Assembly: GCA_015059485.1 (NCBI GenBank)
Contig: SVAH01000005.1
Coordinates: 621 to 64,620 of the forward strand
DNA: 64,000 nucleotides
Direction: 5' to 3'
Source of the DNA: Bacillota bacterium
GTDB lineage: Bacteria > Bacillota_I > Bacilli_A > RF39 > UBA660
In this document: positions 18,020-29,463 of the stretch, one piece after another
Layout of the letters: the number at the start of each line of letters is the position of its first letter
How positions within the stretch are numbered: position 1 is the first letter of the stretch
Notes under the pieces: model-generated
Database searches by the model: none
What the model was told of the DNA's origin: nothing
Seen by the model: the letters and a program-made list of their open reading frames with translations, nothing else
Made by a program: the position numbers and the translations under genes

Positions 18020-20092
18020 ATGGCAAGAGACGTTTCAATTGATAAATTAAGAAATATCGGTATCATGGCTCACATCGATGCTGGTAAAACAACAACTACT
18101 GAAAGAATTTTATTCTTAACAGGAATTACTCACAGAATTGGTGAGACTCATGATGGTGAATCTCAAATGGACTGGATGGAACAAGAAAAAGAAAGAGGTA
18201 TCACAATTACTAGTGCTGCAACAACTTGTCACTGGAATGGATATCGTTTAAATATTATTGATACTCCAGGTCACGTAGATTTCACAATTGAAGTTCAAAG
18301 ATCATTAAGAGTACTTGATGGTGCAGTTGCACTAATTGATGCTCAAGCTGGAGTTGAACCTCAAACAGAAACAGTTTGGAGACAAGCTAATGAATACAAA
18401 GTTCCAAGAATGATTTGTGCAAACAAGATGGGAAAAATGGGAGCAGATTTCTATTTTAGTTTAGGTACTATTAAAGATAGATTAGGAGCCAATGCTGCAC
18501 CTATAGTACTTCCTATTGGAGCAGAATCAGAATTTAGCGGAATTGTTGATTTAGTTCAAATGAAAGCGTTTAAATTTGATGGAACTGAACAAGAAAATAT
18601 GGAAGAAATTGAAATTCCAGCTGATATGAAAGATAAAGCAGAAGAATATAGAACTAAACTTATTGAAGCTGTTGCAGACTTTGATGAAGATTTAATGATG
18701 AAATATTTGGATGGTGGAGAAATAACTGTTGATGAATTAAAAGCAGCTATTAGAAAAGCTACATTATCTGTTGAATTCTTCCCAGTATTATGTGCTGATG
18801 CTTTATCAGATAAAGGTATTAGACCACTTCTTGATGCAGTAGTAGATTATTTACCTGCACCAACTGATGTTGAAGCTATTGAATGTACAGATAAAAATGG
18901 AAACGATGTTTTAAGACATCCATCTGATTCAGAACCATTTACTGCATTAGCATTCAAAATTGCTACAGATCCATTTGTTGGAAGATTATCTTTCTTCAGA
19001 GTATATTCTGGAAAATTAACAAGTGGTTCTTATGTATTAAATTCAACAAAGGGAGAAAAAGAAAGAATTGGTCGTATCCTACAAATGCATGCTAACCAAC
19101 GTAAAGAAATTACTGAAGTTTATGCTGGTGAAATAGCTGCAGCAGTAGGTTTAAAAAATACAACTACAGCAGATACATTATGTGATGAAAAAAATCAATG
19201 TATCTTAAAAGGTATGGAATTCCCAGATCCAGTTATTGATATCGTTATTGAACCTAAGAGTAAAGGTGATCAAGATAAGATGGCACTTGCAGTTGCTAAA
19301 CTTGTTGAAGAAGATCCAACTCTAAGAGTTAAAACTGATACTGAAACAGGACAAACTGTATTATCAGGAATGGGAGAATTACACTTAGACATTATCGTAG
19401 ATCGTATGAAACGTGAATTTAATGTTGAATGTAATAAAGGTAGACCTCAAGTTGCTTATCGTGAAACTATTAAAGTTGCAGCAGAGTGCGAAGGAAAATA
19501 TATTAAACAATCTGGTGGACGTGGACAATATGGACATGTTTGGGTTAAATTTGAACCAAATCCAGAAAAAGGTTATGAATTTGTTGATGCAATTGTTGGT
19601 GGTGTAGTTCCTCGTGAATATATTCCAGTAACAGATAAAGGATTACAAGAAGCAATGCAAGGTGGTATTCTTGCAGGATATCCAATGGTAGATGTAAAAG
19701 CCACATTATTTGATGGATCTTACCATGATGTAGACTCATCAGAAATGGCATTTAAAATTGCTGCAAGTATGGCTTTGAAAGAAGCTAAAAATAAATGTCA
19801 ACCAGTACTTCTTGAACCAATCATGAAGGTTGTTGTAGATGTTCCAGAAGAATACTTAGGTAATGTTATGGGAGATTTAACTTCTCGTCGTGGTAAACCT
19901 ATGGGTCAAGAATCAATTGGTAATACTTTAAGAATTATAGCAATGGTACCATTATCAGAAATGTTTGGTTATGCTACAGATTTAAGAAGTAATACACAAG
20001 GACGTGGAAACTTCCAAATGGAAAAAGACCATTATGAAGAAGTTCCAAAATCAATCGCTGAAGAAATTATTAAGAAAAACAGCGCTAACTAA
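18020..20092 (+). CDS. fusA: elongation factor G with atypical G4/G5 motifs
   Basis: [14 protein letters not shown] and DTPGH motifs, domains II-V intact; G4 reads NKMG and G5 reads CADAL. Confidence 0.98.
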   Translation: MARDVSIDKLRNIGIMAHIDAGKTTTTERILFLTGITHRIGETHDGESQMDWMEQEKERGITITSAATTCHWNGYRLNIIDTPGHVDFTIEVQRSLRVLDGAVALIDAQAGVEPQTETVWRQANEYKVPRMICANKMGKMGADFYFSLGTIKDRLGANAAPIVLPIGAESEFSGIVDLVQMKAFKFDGTEQENMEEIEIPADMKDKAEEYRTKLIEAVADFDEDLMMKYLDGGEITVDELKAAIRKATLSVEFFPVLCADALSDKGIRPLLDAVVDYLPAPTDVEAIECTDKNGNDVLRHPSDSEPFTALAFKIATDPFVGRLSFFRVYSGKLTSGSYVLNSTKGEKERIGRILQMHANQRKEITEVYAGEIAAAVGLKNTTTADTLCDEKNQCILKGMEFPDPVIDIVIEPKSKGDQDKMALAVAKLVEEDPTLRVKTDTETGQTVLSGMGELHLDIIVDRMKREFNVECNKGRPQVAYRETIKVAAECEGKYIKQSGGRGQYGHVWVKFEPNPEKGYEFVDAIVGGVVPREYIPVTDKGLQEAMQGGILAGYPMVDVKATLFDGSYHDVDSSEMAFKIAASMALKEAKNKCQPVLLEPIMKVVVDVPEEYLGNVMGDLTSRRGKPMGQESIGNTLRIIAMVPLSEMFGYATDLRSNTQGRGNFQMEKDHYEEVPKSIAEEIIKKNSAN

Positions 20093-20162
20093 AAATAATA
20101 CTTGAAAAATGTTCAAGCATTAGATAAAATATAATAGAAATATTGAAAGGAGAAATAAAAAA

Positions 20163-21329
20163 ATGGCAAGAGAAAAATTTGATCGTTCAAAAGAACATGT
20201 TAATATTGGTACTATTGGACACGTTGACCATGGTAAAACAACATTAACAGCTGCTATTACTAAATACTTTGGTAACTTTGTAGATTATGCTGATATCGAC
20301 AAAGCACCAGAAGAAAGGGAAAGAGGTATTACTATTAATACTGCTCACGTTGAGTATGAAACTGACAAACGTCACTATGCTCACGTTGACTGTCCAGGAC
20401 ATGCTGACTATGTTAAAAACATGATCACAGGTGCTGCACAAATGGATGGAGCTATCTTAGTAGTTTCTGCTGCAGATGGTCCTATGCCTCAAACAAGAGA
20501 ACACATCTTATTATCAAGACAAGTTGGTGTTCCTAAAATCGTTGTTTACATGAATAAATGTGACCAAGTAGATGATCCAGAATTACTAGACTTAGTAGAA
20601 ATGGAAATTAGAGAATTATTAGGAGAATATGAATACGACGCTGAATGTCCTATCATTCGTGGTAGTGCACTTAAAGCTCTTGAAGGAGATGAAGCTGCTG
20701 TTCAATCTATTAAAGATTTAATGGCTGCAGTTGATGATTATATTGACTCTCCAGTAAGAGATACAGATAAACCATTCTTAATGAGTATTGAAGACGTATT
20801 CACTATTTCAGGACGTGGTACAGTTGTTACTGGACGTGTTGAAAGAGGTGTATTAAATCTTAATGACGAAGTTGAAATCGTTGGATTAAAAGATACTCAA
20901 AAAACAGTTGTAACTGGTATTGAAATGTTTAGAAAATCTCTAGACTTTGCTCAAGCTGGTGACAACGCTGGTGCATTACTTCGTGGTATTGGACGTGAAG
21001 ATGTTGAACGTGGACAAGTTCTAGCTAAACCTGGAAGTGTTACACCTCACACTCAATTCAAAGCTTCAGTTTATGTACTAAGCAAAGAAGAAGGTGGAAG
21101 ACATACTCCATTCTTCTCAAACTACAGACCACAATTCTATTTTAGAACTACTGACGTTACTGGTGTAATTGAATTACCTGCTGGTACTGAAATGGTTATG
21201 CCTGGTGACAACGTAGATATGACTGTAGAATTAATTGCTCCAGTAGCACTTGAAAAAGGTACAAAATTCTCTATCCGTGAAGGTGGACGTACTGTTGGTG
21301 CCGGAGTTGTAGCTGAAATTATTAAATAA
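20163..21329 (+). CDS. tuf: elongation factor Tu
   Basis: [26 protein letters not shown]. Confidence 0.99.
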   Translation: MAREKFDRSKEHVNIGTIGHVDHGKTTLTAAITKYFGNFVDYADIDKAPEERERGITINTAHVEYETDKRHYAHVDCPGHADYVKNMITGAAQMDGAILVVSAADGPMPQTREHILLSRQVGVPKIVVYMNKCDQVDDPELLDLVEMEIRELLGEYEYDAECPIIRGSALKALEGDEAAVQSIKDLMAAVDDYIDSPVRDTDKPFLMSIEDVFTISGRGTVVTGRVERGVLNLNDEVEIVGLKDTQKTVVTGIEMFRKSLDFAQAGDNAGALLRGIGREDVERGQVLAKPGSVTPHTQFKASVYVLSKEEGGRHTPFFSNYRPQFYFRTTDVTGVIELPAGTEMVMPGDNVDMTVELIAPVALEKGTKFSIREGGRTVGAGVVAEIIK

Positions 21330-21344
21330 TTAAAGTTATAAATT

Positions 21345-21375
21345 AAAAGATTCACTTAATTGTGAATCTTTTTTT
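21345..21375 (+). terminator. intrinsic terminator of the str operon
   Basis: AAAAGATTCAC-TTAATT-GTGAATCTTTT plus T tract. Confidence 0.9.
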
Positions 21376-21500
21376 GTAAAAAAAACATATTCAATTATAT
21401 GAATATGTATATTATTTCCTTTGACAATATTATTATAACATAAAATTCCAAAAAATAAAAGACTATACATTATTCAAAATTTTGATAAAATGGGCAATAG

Positions 21501-23261
21501 GTGGTGGTGTTAGTGAAAAAACAAACTAAAAGTGATAAATCAAAAATTCTTGAAAACATGAAAAAGACAACAAAATATATGAAAGGATTAAAAAAATATT
21601 TGATATTATATGTTTTTATAGCAATATTAGAAGGAGTTGTTGGAGTAATATATCCGATTATATCAGCTAAAGTTATATTAAATATAACTGACAAAATAAT
21701 AAATCAATTAATTTTAACTTCATTAGTTGTTCTATCACTTGATGTTTTTCAAAGTTTTTTAACACTATTAAAAAATATTAGTTATAGAAAAATATATCAA
21801 AGTACAACAGCTAATTTACAAACTGAAATGTTTAAGGAGACTCTTAAATTAGAGATTTCTGAAATTGATAAGCAATCATCTGGTTTATTTATTGATAGGT
21901 TGAATAAGGACTCACAAGATATATCATCCATGTTTATGGAGCTTTCTTATTGGTTAACCAAAATAATGAGTAATATAGGAGTACTAATAGCGATATTTAT
22001 TTTAAACAAGTATTTGTTTTTGTATGCTTTATTTACTTCAATATTTATCTTTTTAATAAGTAAGAGAAGAGTTAATAAAGAGAGTAATTTTAGAAGAGGA
22101 ATTAGAAAACTTAATGAAGATAAAACAGGACTTGTTAGTGAATCTATAAGGGGTATACGTGATATAAAAGTGTTAAATGCAAATGATAATTTAACAAATC
22201 AAACAGTAAAAAAAATACGAGAAGTTATGAAAGAAGAGATGAAACTGTATTTTACAAATAGCAGTTATAATGCAGCAGAAACAGTGGCAAAATCTATAAC
22301 TGAATTTTTATTTATAATGTTAGGGATTATTTTATATAATAAAGGTTCTTTGACAATTCCTAGTTTTATAATTGCATATCATTATCAACCAAGAATTAGA
22401 AATCTATTAGTAGGCTTATCATATTTAATGGATTATTTAAAACAATTTGAAATATCTTCTGATAGAATTTATGAAATTATTGATAGTGATAAATTTAAAA
22501 AGGAACAATTTGGAACAAAAGAAGTGAAAAAATTAGATGGTTATATTGAATTTAAAAATGTATCGTTTGGCTATGAAAATGATAAAAAGATAATTGATAA
22601 TATGAATTTTAAAGTTAATCCAAATGAAAAGGTTGCTTTTGTAGGTAAATCTGGTGCAGGCAAATCAACATTATTTAGTTTAATTGCTAAGTTATATCCA
22701 GTTGATAAGGGAAATATTTTATTAGATGGAATTAATATAAATGATTTAACTTGTTCGTCATTAAGAGATAATATTTCTATAATAACTCAAAGCCCTTACA
22801 TATTTAATTTTACTATTAAAGAAAATTTACTTATTGCTAAAGCAGATGCTAGTATGAAAGAAATAAGAGAGGCTTGTAAACTTGCATGTATAGATGAATA
22901 TATTATGAGTTTACCAAAAAAATATGATACTTTGATAGGTGAAAATGGTGTGATTTTATCAGGAGGACAAAAACAAAGACTTGCAATAGCAAGAGCTTTA
23001 CTTATGAAAACAGAAATCATTTTATTTGATGAAGCAACAAGTGCACTTGATAATGAAACACAAAAAGATATTAGTAAAGCAATAGAAAACTTAAAAGGAG
23101 ACTATACAATATTAATAGTTGCACACAGGCTATCAACAGTTATTGATTGTGATAAAATTTTCGTGGTAGACAATGGTAAAATAATAGATGTTGGAACTCA
23201 TGATGAATTAATAAAAAAATCAGAACTTTATAAAAAATTATACGAAGGAGAGTTAATATAA
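21501..23261 (+). CDS. ABC exporter, fused permease and ATPase (type IV, multidrug-like)
   Basis: six TM segments, GKSGAGKS, LSGGQ, ILFDEATSALD, VAHRLST. Confidence 0.93.
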   Translation: MVVLVKKQTKSDKSKILENMKKTTKYMKGLKKYLILYVFIAILEGVVGVIYPIISAKVILNITDKIINQLILTSLVVLSLDVFQSFLTLLKNISYRKIYQSTTANLQTEMFKETLKLEISEIDKQSSGLFIDRLNKDSQDISSMFMELSYWLTKIMSNIGVLIAIFILNKYLFLYALFTSIFIFLISKRRVNKESNFRRGIRKLNEDKTGLVSESIRGIRDIKVLNANDNLTNQTVKKIREVMKEEMKLYFTNSSYNAAETVAKSITEFLFIMLGIILYNKGSLTIPSFIIAYHYQPRIRNLLVGLSYLMDYLKQFEISSDRIYEIIDSDKFKKEQFGTKEVKKLDGYIEFKNVSFGYENDKKIIDNMNFKVNPNEKVAFVGKSGAGKSTLFSLIAKLYPVDKGNILLDGININDLTCSSLRDNISIITQSPYIFNFTIKENLLIAKADASMKEIREACKLACIDEYIMSLPKKYDTLIGENGVILSGGQKQRLAIARALLMKTEIILFDEATSALDNETQKDISKAIENLKGDYTILIVAHRLSTVIDCDKIFVVDNGKIIDVGTHDELIKKSELYKKLYEGELI

Positions 23262-23286
23262 AAAAGTCCACATATTAGTGGATTTT

Positions 23287-24171
23287 TTATACTTTAAAAG
23301 TGCTTTCAAATAGTTCTGTAAATTTATCTAAATTAATATTTTTTGATACATAGATTGTACTGTAATCTTCTTTATTTAAATATGCTAAGTTGTCTTTTAT
23401 TTCTATACTACATGGGTCATATTCGATAATATCTTCGCTTATAACAGATGCAATAGTAACTGGATCTGGCATACAACATCCAATAATTCCATAATGACTT
23501 TCACAGAATTCCATATATTTTTGACTTATTAAATAAATAAATTTACAAATTTTATTATTAGAATCACTAAGTCTATTCATTTCATGTCTCTTAATAAAAG
23601 CTTTAATACCAATTTCATGAGTTATTATTTTTATTTCTTTAAATCCGGCATTAAATACTTTTTTTGCAGAGTCAATATCAATTTTTACATTAAATTCATT
23701 GTATGGAATATCTAATGTTTCATCATATGATGTACCCATAAATACAATTTTACAAATTTTATTTACAATAGTACTATCTTTTTCTAAAGCACTAGCTAAA
23801 TTAGTAAGAGGCCCTAAACAAATTATTGTTAAATCATTAGAATATTCATGTGCTGATTTAATTATAAAATCTTCAGCAGACATACTTTCAAATTTCTTTA
23901 GAGATATAGGCATAAAAACATTACCAAGGCCATCTTTACCATGTGCATATTCAGCTGAAATAGAGTTTGCTTTGTTTTCTTTAGTACCCATATACATTGG
24001 AATATTACTGTCAAGAACATTTTGAACAACTTTTAAATTGTTAGCTGCCTTATCTTTATCAATATTTCCAGTAGCTAGAGTAAAGCCAATTATATCTAAT
24101 TTATTTAAGTAAGCTAAGCTTATTGCAATTGAATCATCTATTCCAGGATCTGTATCAATTATATACTTCAT
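23287..24171 (-). CDS. inosine/uridine-preferring nucleoside hydrolase
   Basis: IIDTDPGIDD, HGKDGLG, LGPLTNLA and MPDP. Confidence 0.92.
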   Translation of the reverse strand: MKYIIDTDPGIDDSIAISLAYLNKLDIIGFTLATGNIDKDKAANNLKVVQNVLDSNIPMYMGTKENKANSISAEYAHGKDGLGNVFMPISLKKFESMSAEDFIIKSAHEYSNDLTIICLGPLTNLASALEKDSTIVNKICKIVFMGTSYDETLDIPYNEFNVKIDIDSAKKVFNAGFKEIKIITHEIGIKAFIKRHEMNRLSDSNNKICKFIYLISQKYMEFCESHYGIIGCCMPDPVTIASVISEDIIEYDPCSIEIKDNLAYLNKEDYSTIYVSKNINLDKFTELFESTFKV

Positions 24172-24235
24172 ATTATCACACTCTAGAATTATTTTACTAT
24201 TTTTAGAAAAAATTGTAAATTAAATTCTATTTAGT

Positions 24236-24258
24236 AAAACAAGTGTTTGTGTTATAAT
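24236..24258 (+). promoter_or_regulatory. degenerate Firmicute LexA (Cheo) box next to an extended -10
   Basis: AAAC-AAGT-GTTT at 24237-48 (cf. GAAC-N4-GTTC); TG-T-TATAAT at 24250-58. Confidence 0.55.
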
Positions 24259-24274
24259 TATATTGGTGATTTGA

Positions 24275-25531
24275 ATGAATAGGGTATACTTATGTATTGA
24301 TTTAAAAACATTTTATGCATCAGTAGAATGTGTTGAAAGAAATTTAGATCCATTTAAAGTTGATTTGGTAGTTGCTGATAAAGAAAAAGGAAATGGAACT
24401 ATATGTCTTGCTATATCTCCACATATGAAACAAAGAGGAATAAAGAATAGATGTAGGGTATTTGAAATTCCTAAGAATGTTCATCCAATATATGCAAAAC
24501 CTCGTATGAAAAAATATATTGAGTATTCTGCAAGAATATATAAAATTTATTTAAAATATTTGTCTAAAGATGATATTCATGTATATTCAATAGATGAAGC
24601 ATTTTTAGATGTAACATCATATTTAAATTTATATAAAATATCAGAAATAGAAATAGCTAAAATGATAATGAATGATATTTTAAAAACAACTGGTATAACT
24701 GCAACATGTGGTATAGGAACTAATATGTATTTAGCAAAAATAGCACTTGATATAATATCAAAACATGTAAATAATAACATTGGATATTTAAATGAAAAAT
24801 TATTTAAAGATAAACTTTGGTATCATACACCACTTAGTGATTTTTGGGGTATAGGAGTTAAAACTGAAGCTAGACTTAATAAATTACATTTATTAAATAT
24901 GCATGATATTGCATATGCTAATAAACAAAAGTTATATAAAGAGTTTGGAATAGATGCAGAGCTTTTAATAGATCATTCTTTTGGAAAAGAAACTTGTACA
25001 ATTAAGGATATAAAAAATTATAAATCAAAATCTAATTCTATTTCTAATAGTCAAATACTTTTTAAAGATTATAATTATATTCAAGCAAGAATAGTTTTAA
25101 GTGAAATGACTGATTCTTTAATAAATACTTTAGTTGAAAAAAAGTGTTATACAGATTCAGTAGTTTTTTCTATAGGCTATTCGAATTATGTGATTCCTTC
25201 ACTAAAAGCAAGCTGCAAAATTTCACATAAAACAAATAGTTATTCCACAATATTAGATGAAATTTTAAAAGAATATGATTATAGAATTAATAAAAATTAT
25301 ATGATTAGAAGAATATCTGTATATTTTTCCAACATTGATAATAAAAGAATAAAACAATTAGATATTTTTAATACAGTTGAAATTGAAGAAAAAGATGAAA
25401 CTTTAGAAATAGCATTAAAAAATATTAAAAGTAAATATGGAAATAATTCAATACTTAGAGCAATAAGTTATGAAGATGATGCAACCGCTATAATAAGAAA
25501 TAAATTAATTGGAGGTCACAATGCAGAATAA
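24275..25531 (+). CDS. Y-family DNA polymerase (ImpB/MucB/UvrX-like)
   Basis: CIDLKTFYASVEC, YSIDEAFLD and WGIG motifs. Confidence 0.93.
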   Translation: MNRVYLCIDLKTFYASVECVERNLDPFKVDLVVADKEKGNGTICLAISPHMKQRGIKNRCRVFEIPKNVHPIYAKPRMKKYIEYSARIYKIYLKYLSKDDIHVYSIDEAFLDVTSYLNLYKISEIEIAKMIMNDILKTTGITATCGIGTNMYLAKIALDIISKHVNNNIGYLNEKLFKDKLWYHTPLSDFWGIGVKTEARLNKLHLLNMHDIAYANKQKLYKEFGIDAELLIDHSFGKETCTIKDIKNYKSKSNSISNSQILFKDYNYIQARIVLSEMTDSLINTLVEKKCYTDSVVFSIGYSNYVIPSLKASCKISHKTNSYSTILDEILKEYDYRINKNYMIRRISVYFSNIDNKRIKQLDIFNTVEIEEKDETLEIALKNIKSKYGNNSILRAISYEDDATAIIRNKLIGGHNAE

Positions 25532-25799
25532 TGATTTTAGGGCAAAGCAATTTTTACCATTTGATGCTTTGAAAGGTTTTAAAGAAGCACTTAAGATAAT
25601 AGAACTAAAAGTTGATAATATTGATTATGTAAATAAAATAATTAATAAATTAGAAATTGGTAGTAGGGTAACAGTTAAGTATTATGTTGATTTTGAATAT
25701 GTAGAAACAAATGGAATAGTTAAAAAGATAGAAAATAAAAAAATATATTTATTAGATTCAATAATTAATTTTGAAGATATTATAGATGTTATGATATAA
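25521..25799 (+). CDS. YolD-like accessory protein
   Basis: RAKQFLPFDALKGF motif; GGAGG SD; coupled to the Y-family polymerase. Confidence 0.85.
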   Translation: MQNNDFRAKQFLPFDALKGFKEALKIIELKVDNIDYVNKIINKLEIGSRVTVKYYVDFEYVETNGIVKKIENKKIYLLDSIINFEDIIDVMI

Positions 25800-25823
25800 T
25801 TAAAACAGATTGAAGGTGCAATA

Positions 25824-27311
25824 ATGTATTTAAATAATAAAATAGTGATTGGTAAAAATGATGATAATGAATATGGAATTATTTTAAATAAGGCAAATAG
25901 GCATGGAATAATAACTGGAGCATCTGGTTCAGGTAAAACAGTAACTGTTAAAGTAATGGCAGAAAGTTTTTCGGATGCTGGAGTACCAGTTTTTCTAGCA
26001 GATGTAAAAGGTGATTTAGCTGGATGTGCTGTAAGTGGCATGCCAAATGAATCATTAAATCAAAGAGTAGAAAAATTAAAAATAGATAATTTTGAATATA
26101 AAAGTTTTCCTGTTCATTTCTGGGATTTGTATGGTAAAAAAGGACACCCAATTAGAACTAAAGTTGAAACTATTGGACCAGAAATATTATCTATAATGTT
26201 AGGACTTTCAGAGGCACAAGAAGGAGTTTTAACAATAATATTTAGAATTGCAAAAGATGAAAATTTAGAATTATGTGATTTGAAAGATTTAAAATCATTA
26301 CTTCAATATGCATCAGATAATAGAAAAGAATATACTACAAAATATGGAACAATAACTCCACAAAGTATTGGAGTAATTCAAAGAAGTTTACTTACATTAG
26401 AAAATCAAGGTGTAGATAATTTCTTTGGGGAACCATCTTTAAGTATTCATGATTTTATAGCAGTAAATGAAAATGGAAAAGGATTTATAAATATTTTAGA
26501 TGCAGTTGAACTATTTAAAAGTCCAGATCTTTATGCATCATTCTTATTGTGGTTGTTAACAGAATTATTTAATACATTACCAGAAGTAGGAGATTTAGAT
26601 AAACCTAAAGTAGTATTCTTCTTTGATGAAGCTCATTTATTATTTAATGATATGCCATCTTATCGTTTAAAACAAATTACACAAATAGTTAAATTAATAA
26701 GATCTAAAGGAATAGGTTTATATTTTATATCACAAGGACCAACAGATATACCAAATGATATTTCATCACAACTTGGAAATAGAGTACAACATACATTAAG
26801 AGCATATACTCCAGCAGAACAAAAAGTGGTAGGAGTAGCAGCAGATGCTTTTAGAACTAATCCAAATTTTAAAACTAAAGATGCAATATTAGAACTTGGT
26901 ATAGGTGAAGCATTAATTAGTTGCTTAAATGAAAATGGTGAACCAGAAATTGTTGAAAAAGTAATGGTATTACCACCTCAAAGTTCTATGGGAACAATAG
27001 ACGATATGACTAGAACTAATGTTATTAATAGTAGTCTTCTTTTAGGAAAGTATGAACAAAAAATAGATAAAGAATCAGCTTTTGAAAAAGTTTCTAAAAA
27101 GAATGAAGAAAAAGAGAATATGGCAGCAAAAGCCCAAGCAGAAATAGAAGAAGCTAAGAGAAAAAAAGAAGAAGCTAGATTACAAAGAGAAGCTGAAAGA
27201 CAAAGAAATAAAGATCCAATGGTTAAATTAGGTAAAAAAGTTACTAATAAAGCTACTGATAAATTAATAAATAAAGGATTAAATTCATTGTTTAAAAATC
27301 TATTTAAATAA
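25824..27311 (+). CDS. DUF853/YjgR HerA-like ATPase
   Basis: NRHGIITGASGSGKT, FFDEAHLLF, IRSKGIG and QLGNRVQHTLRAYTP. Confidence 0.92.
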   Translation: MYLNNKIVIGKNDDNEYGIILNKANRHGIITGASGSGKTVTVKVMAESFSDAGVPVFLADVKGDLAGCAVSGMPNESLNQRVEKLKIDNFEYKSFPVHFWDLYGKKGHPIRTKVETIGPEILSIMLGLSEAQEGVLTIIFRIAKDENLELCDLKDLKSLLQYASDNRKEYTTKYGTITPQSIGVIQRSLLTLENQGVDNFFGEPSLSIHDFIAVNENGKGFINILDAVELFKSPDLYASFLLWLLTELFNTLPEVGDLDKPKVVFFFDEAHLLFNDMPSYRLKQITQIVKLIRSKGIGLYFISQGPTDIPNDISSQLGNRVQHTLRAYTPAEQKVVGVAADAFRTNPNFKTKDAILELGIGEALISCLNENGEPEIVEKVMVLPPQSSMGTIDDMTRTNVINSSLLLGKYEQKIDKESAFEKVSKKNEEKENMAAKAQAEIEEAKRKKEEARLQREAERQRNKDPMVKLGKKVTNKATDKLINKGLNSLFKNLFK

Positions 27312-27356
27312 AATAATAGTGTATAATAGAAATACAAGAAAGTATTGGTGATAATA

Positions 27357-29186
27357 ATGTGTGGAATAACAGGATATGTAAGTAATGAAAAAAACAAAAA
27401 GAAAATAATAAAGAAAATGGCTGATAGAATAGCTCATAGAGGACCAGATGCAGAAGGATTTTATACAGATGAAAATGTAGCTTTAGGTCATAGAAGACTT
27501 TCTATAATTGATTTATCAAATGGTTCTCAGCCAATGTATAATGAAGATGAATCTTTAGTGGTTGTTTTTAATGGTGAGATATATAACTATCCAGAGTTGA
27601 AAGAAGAATTAAAACGTAAAAAACATAAGTTTAAAACTAAAAGCGATACAGAAGTTTTAGTTCATGGATATGAAGAGTGGGGTACAGATTTACCTAAAAA
27701 ACTACGTGGTATGTTTGCTTTTGCTATTTGGGATAAAAATGACAAATCATTATTCTTAGCAAGAGATAATTTTGGAATTAAACCACTTTATTATTATCAA
27801 AATAATGATACATTTATGTTTGCATCAGAAATTAAATCTTTTTTAGAGCATCCTGATTTTAATAAAGAATTAAACAAGGAAATACTTGCATCATACTTAT
27901 CATTTAGTTTTACTCCAACTAATGAAACATTCTTTAAAGGTGTTTATAGATTAGAACCAGGTTATAGTATTCTTCTAAAAGATAATAAAATTATAAAGAA
28001 TAGATTCTATAAAATAGAGTTTAATGAAAAGAAAGAATCTTATGAAGACGCTATTAAAGAAATATCTAATGTTATGAAAGATTCTGTTGAACATCATATG
28101 CTTAGTGATGTTGAAGTAGGATCATTTTTATCAAGTGGAATAGATTCATCATATTTGGTATCACTTGCTCGTCCAGATAAAACTTATACAGTTGGTTATG
28201 ATATAAAAGAATATAACGAAATTAATTATGCTAAAGATTTAACTGATAAATTAGGTATTGAAAATACATCAAAAAAAATTAATAAAGAAGAGTATATGAA
28301 AATAATACCAAAGATTATGTATCATATGGATGAACCATCATCAGACCCTGCAGCAGTTGCACTTTACTTTGTATCAAATTTAGCTAGTAAAGATGTTAAA
28401 GTAGTCTTATCTGGTGAAGGTGCTGATGAATTCTTTGGTGGATATAATACATATCATTCTTATCAGGAATTTAAATTTTATGATAAAATTCCTTATTTTA
28501 TAAGACACTTTTTTGCAATAATTGCAAGTCACATGCCAGCAATACGTGGACTTAACTTTATAGTTAGACGTGGTAATAAATTAGAAGACTACTACATTGG
28601 TGTTAATAGAGTGTTCTCTAAGCAAGAAATTAAACATATATTAAAAGTTGATAATCAGCTTTCTAATAAGGAAATAACTGCTCCAATATATGAAGAACAA
28701 AAAGGTAAATCAGATATAGTTAAAATGCAAGCAATAGATATTAATTTCTGGTTAATAAAAGATATATTACAAAAAGCTGATAGAATGACAATGGCTAATT
28801 CTTTAGAGGGAAGAGTCCCATTTATTGATAAAGAAGTATTTAGTGTGGCATCAAGCTTACCTATGGAATATAAAGTAGATAAAACAACTACTAAAAAAGC
28901 TTTAAGAGAAGCTGCAAAAGGAGTAATACCTAATGAATCATATAAAAAGAAAAAATTAGGTTTTCCTGTTCCACTTAGAGCGTGGATGAGAGATGATGAT
29001 GTATATTCTGAAATCAAAAAGACATTTGAGAGTGATTATACTAAAGAATTCTTTAATCAAGAATATATAATTGGAATGTTAGATGATCATAAGAATGAAA
29101 AGAAAGATTGTTATAAAAAAGTTTGGACAATTTATTGTTTCTTAAAATGGTATGAAATATTCTTTATAAACAATGGAAATATTTAA
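27357..29186 (+). CDS. asnB: asparagine synthase (glutamine-hydrolysing)
   Basis: MCGITG N-terminal nucleophile Cys, HRGPD, FNGEIYN, LSSGIDSS and SGEGADE. Confidence 0.95.
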   Translation: MCGITGYVSNEKNKKKIIKKMADRIAHRGPDAEGFYTDENVALGHRRLSIIDLSNGSQPMYNEDESLVVVFNGEIYNYPELKEELKRKKHKFKTKSDTEVLVHGYEEWGTDLPKKLRGMFAFAIWDKNDKSLFLARDNFGIKPLYYYQNNDTFMFASEIKSFLEHPDFNKELNKEILASYLSFSFTPTNETFFKGVYRLEPGYSILLKDNKIIKNRFYKIEFNEKKESYEDAIKEISNVMKDSVEHHMLSDVEVGSFLSSGIDSSYLVSLARPDKTYTVGYDIKEYNEINYAKDLTDKLGIENTSKKINKEEYMKIIPKIMYHMDEPSSDPAAVALYFVSNLASKDVKVVLSGEGADEFFGGYNTYHSYQEFKFYDKIPYFIRHFFAIIASHMPAIRGLNFIVRRGNKLEDYYIGVNRVFSKQEIKHILKVDNQLSNKEITAPIYEEQKGKSDIVKMQAIDINFWLIKDILQKADRMTMANSLEGRVPFIDKEVFSVASSLPMEYKVDKTTTKKALREAAKGVIPNESYKKKKLGFPVPLRAWMRDDDVYSEIKKTFESDYTKEFFNQEYIIGMLDDHKNEKKDCYKKVWTIYCFLKWYEIFFINNGNI

Positions 29187-29246
29187 AGTAAGAAATAAAA
29201 AATTCTTACTTTTTTTATAGAATTCGACAAATATTTTAAATTTAAT

Positions 29247-29402
29247 ATGTTAATATATATTTTAGAAACTACAAATACAGTATTTGAAAGTATAAAACAT
29301 ATTGATGATAATGGTAATGAATATTGGTAAGCTCGTGAGTTACAAAAAGTGTTAGAATATAAGGAATCTAGAAAGTTTAATAATATTATAAAAAAGACTT
29401 GA
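29247..29402 (+). pseudogene. dinD: truncated DNA-damage-inducible protein D (DinD) N-terminal remnant
   Basis: frame reads VFESIKHIDDNGNEYW*ARELQKVLEYK, with in-frame TAA at 29328-30 and an early stop. Confidence 0.75.
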
Positions 29403-29463
29403 AAGACTAGTAGATAAATTTTAAACATGCTATAATACTATATGAAAGGTATGTGAAATATAA

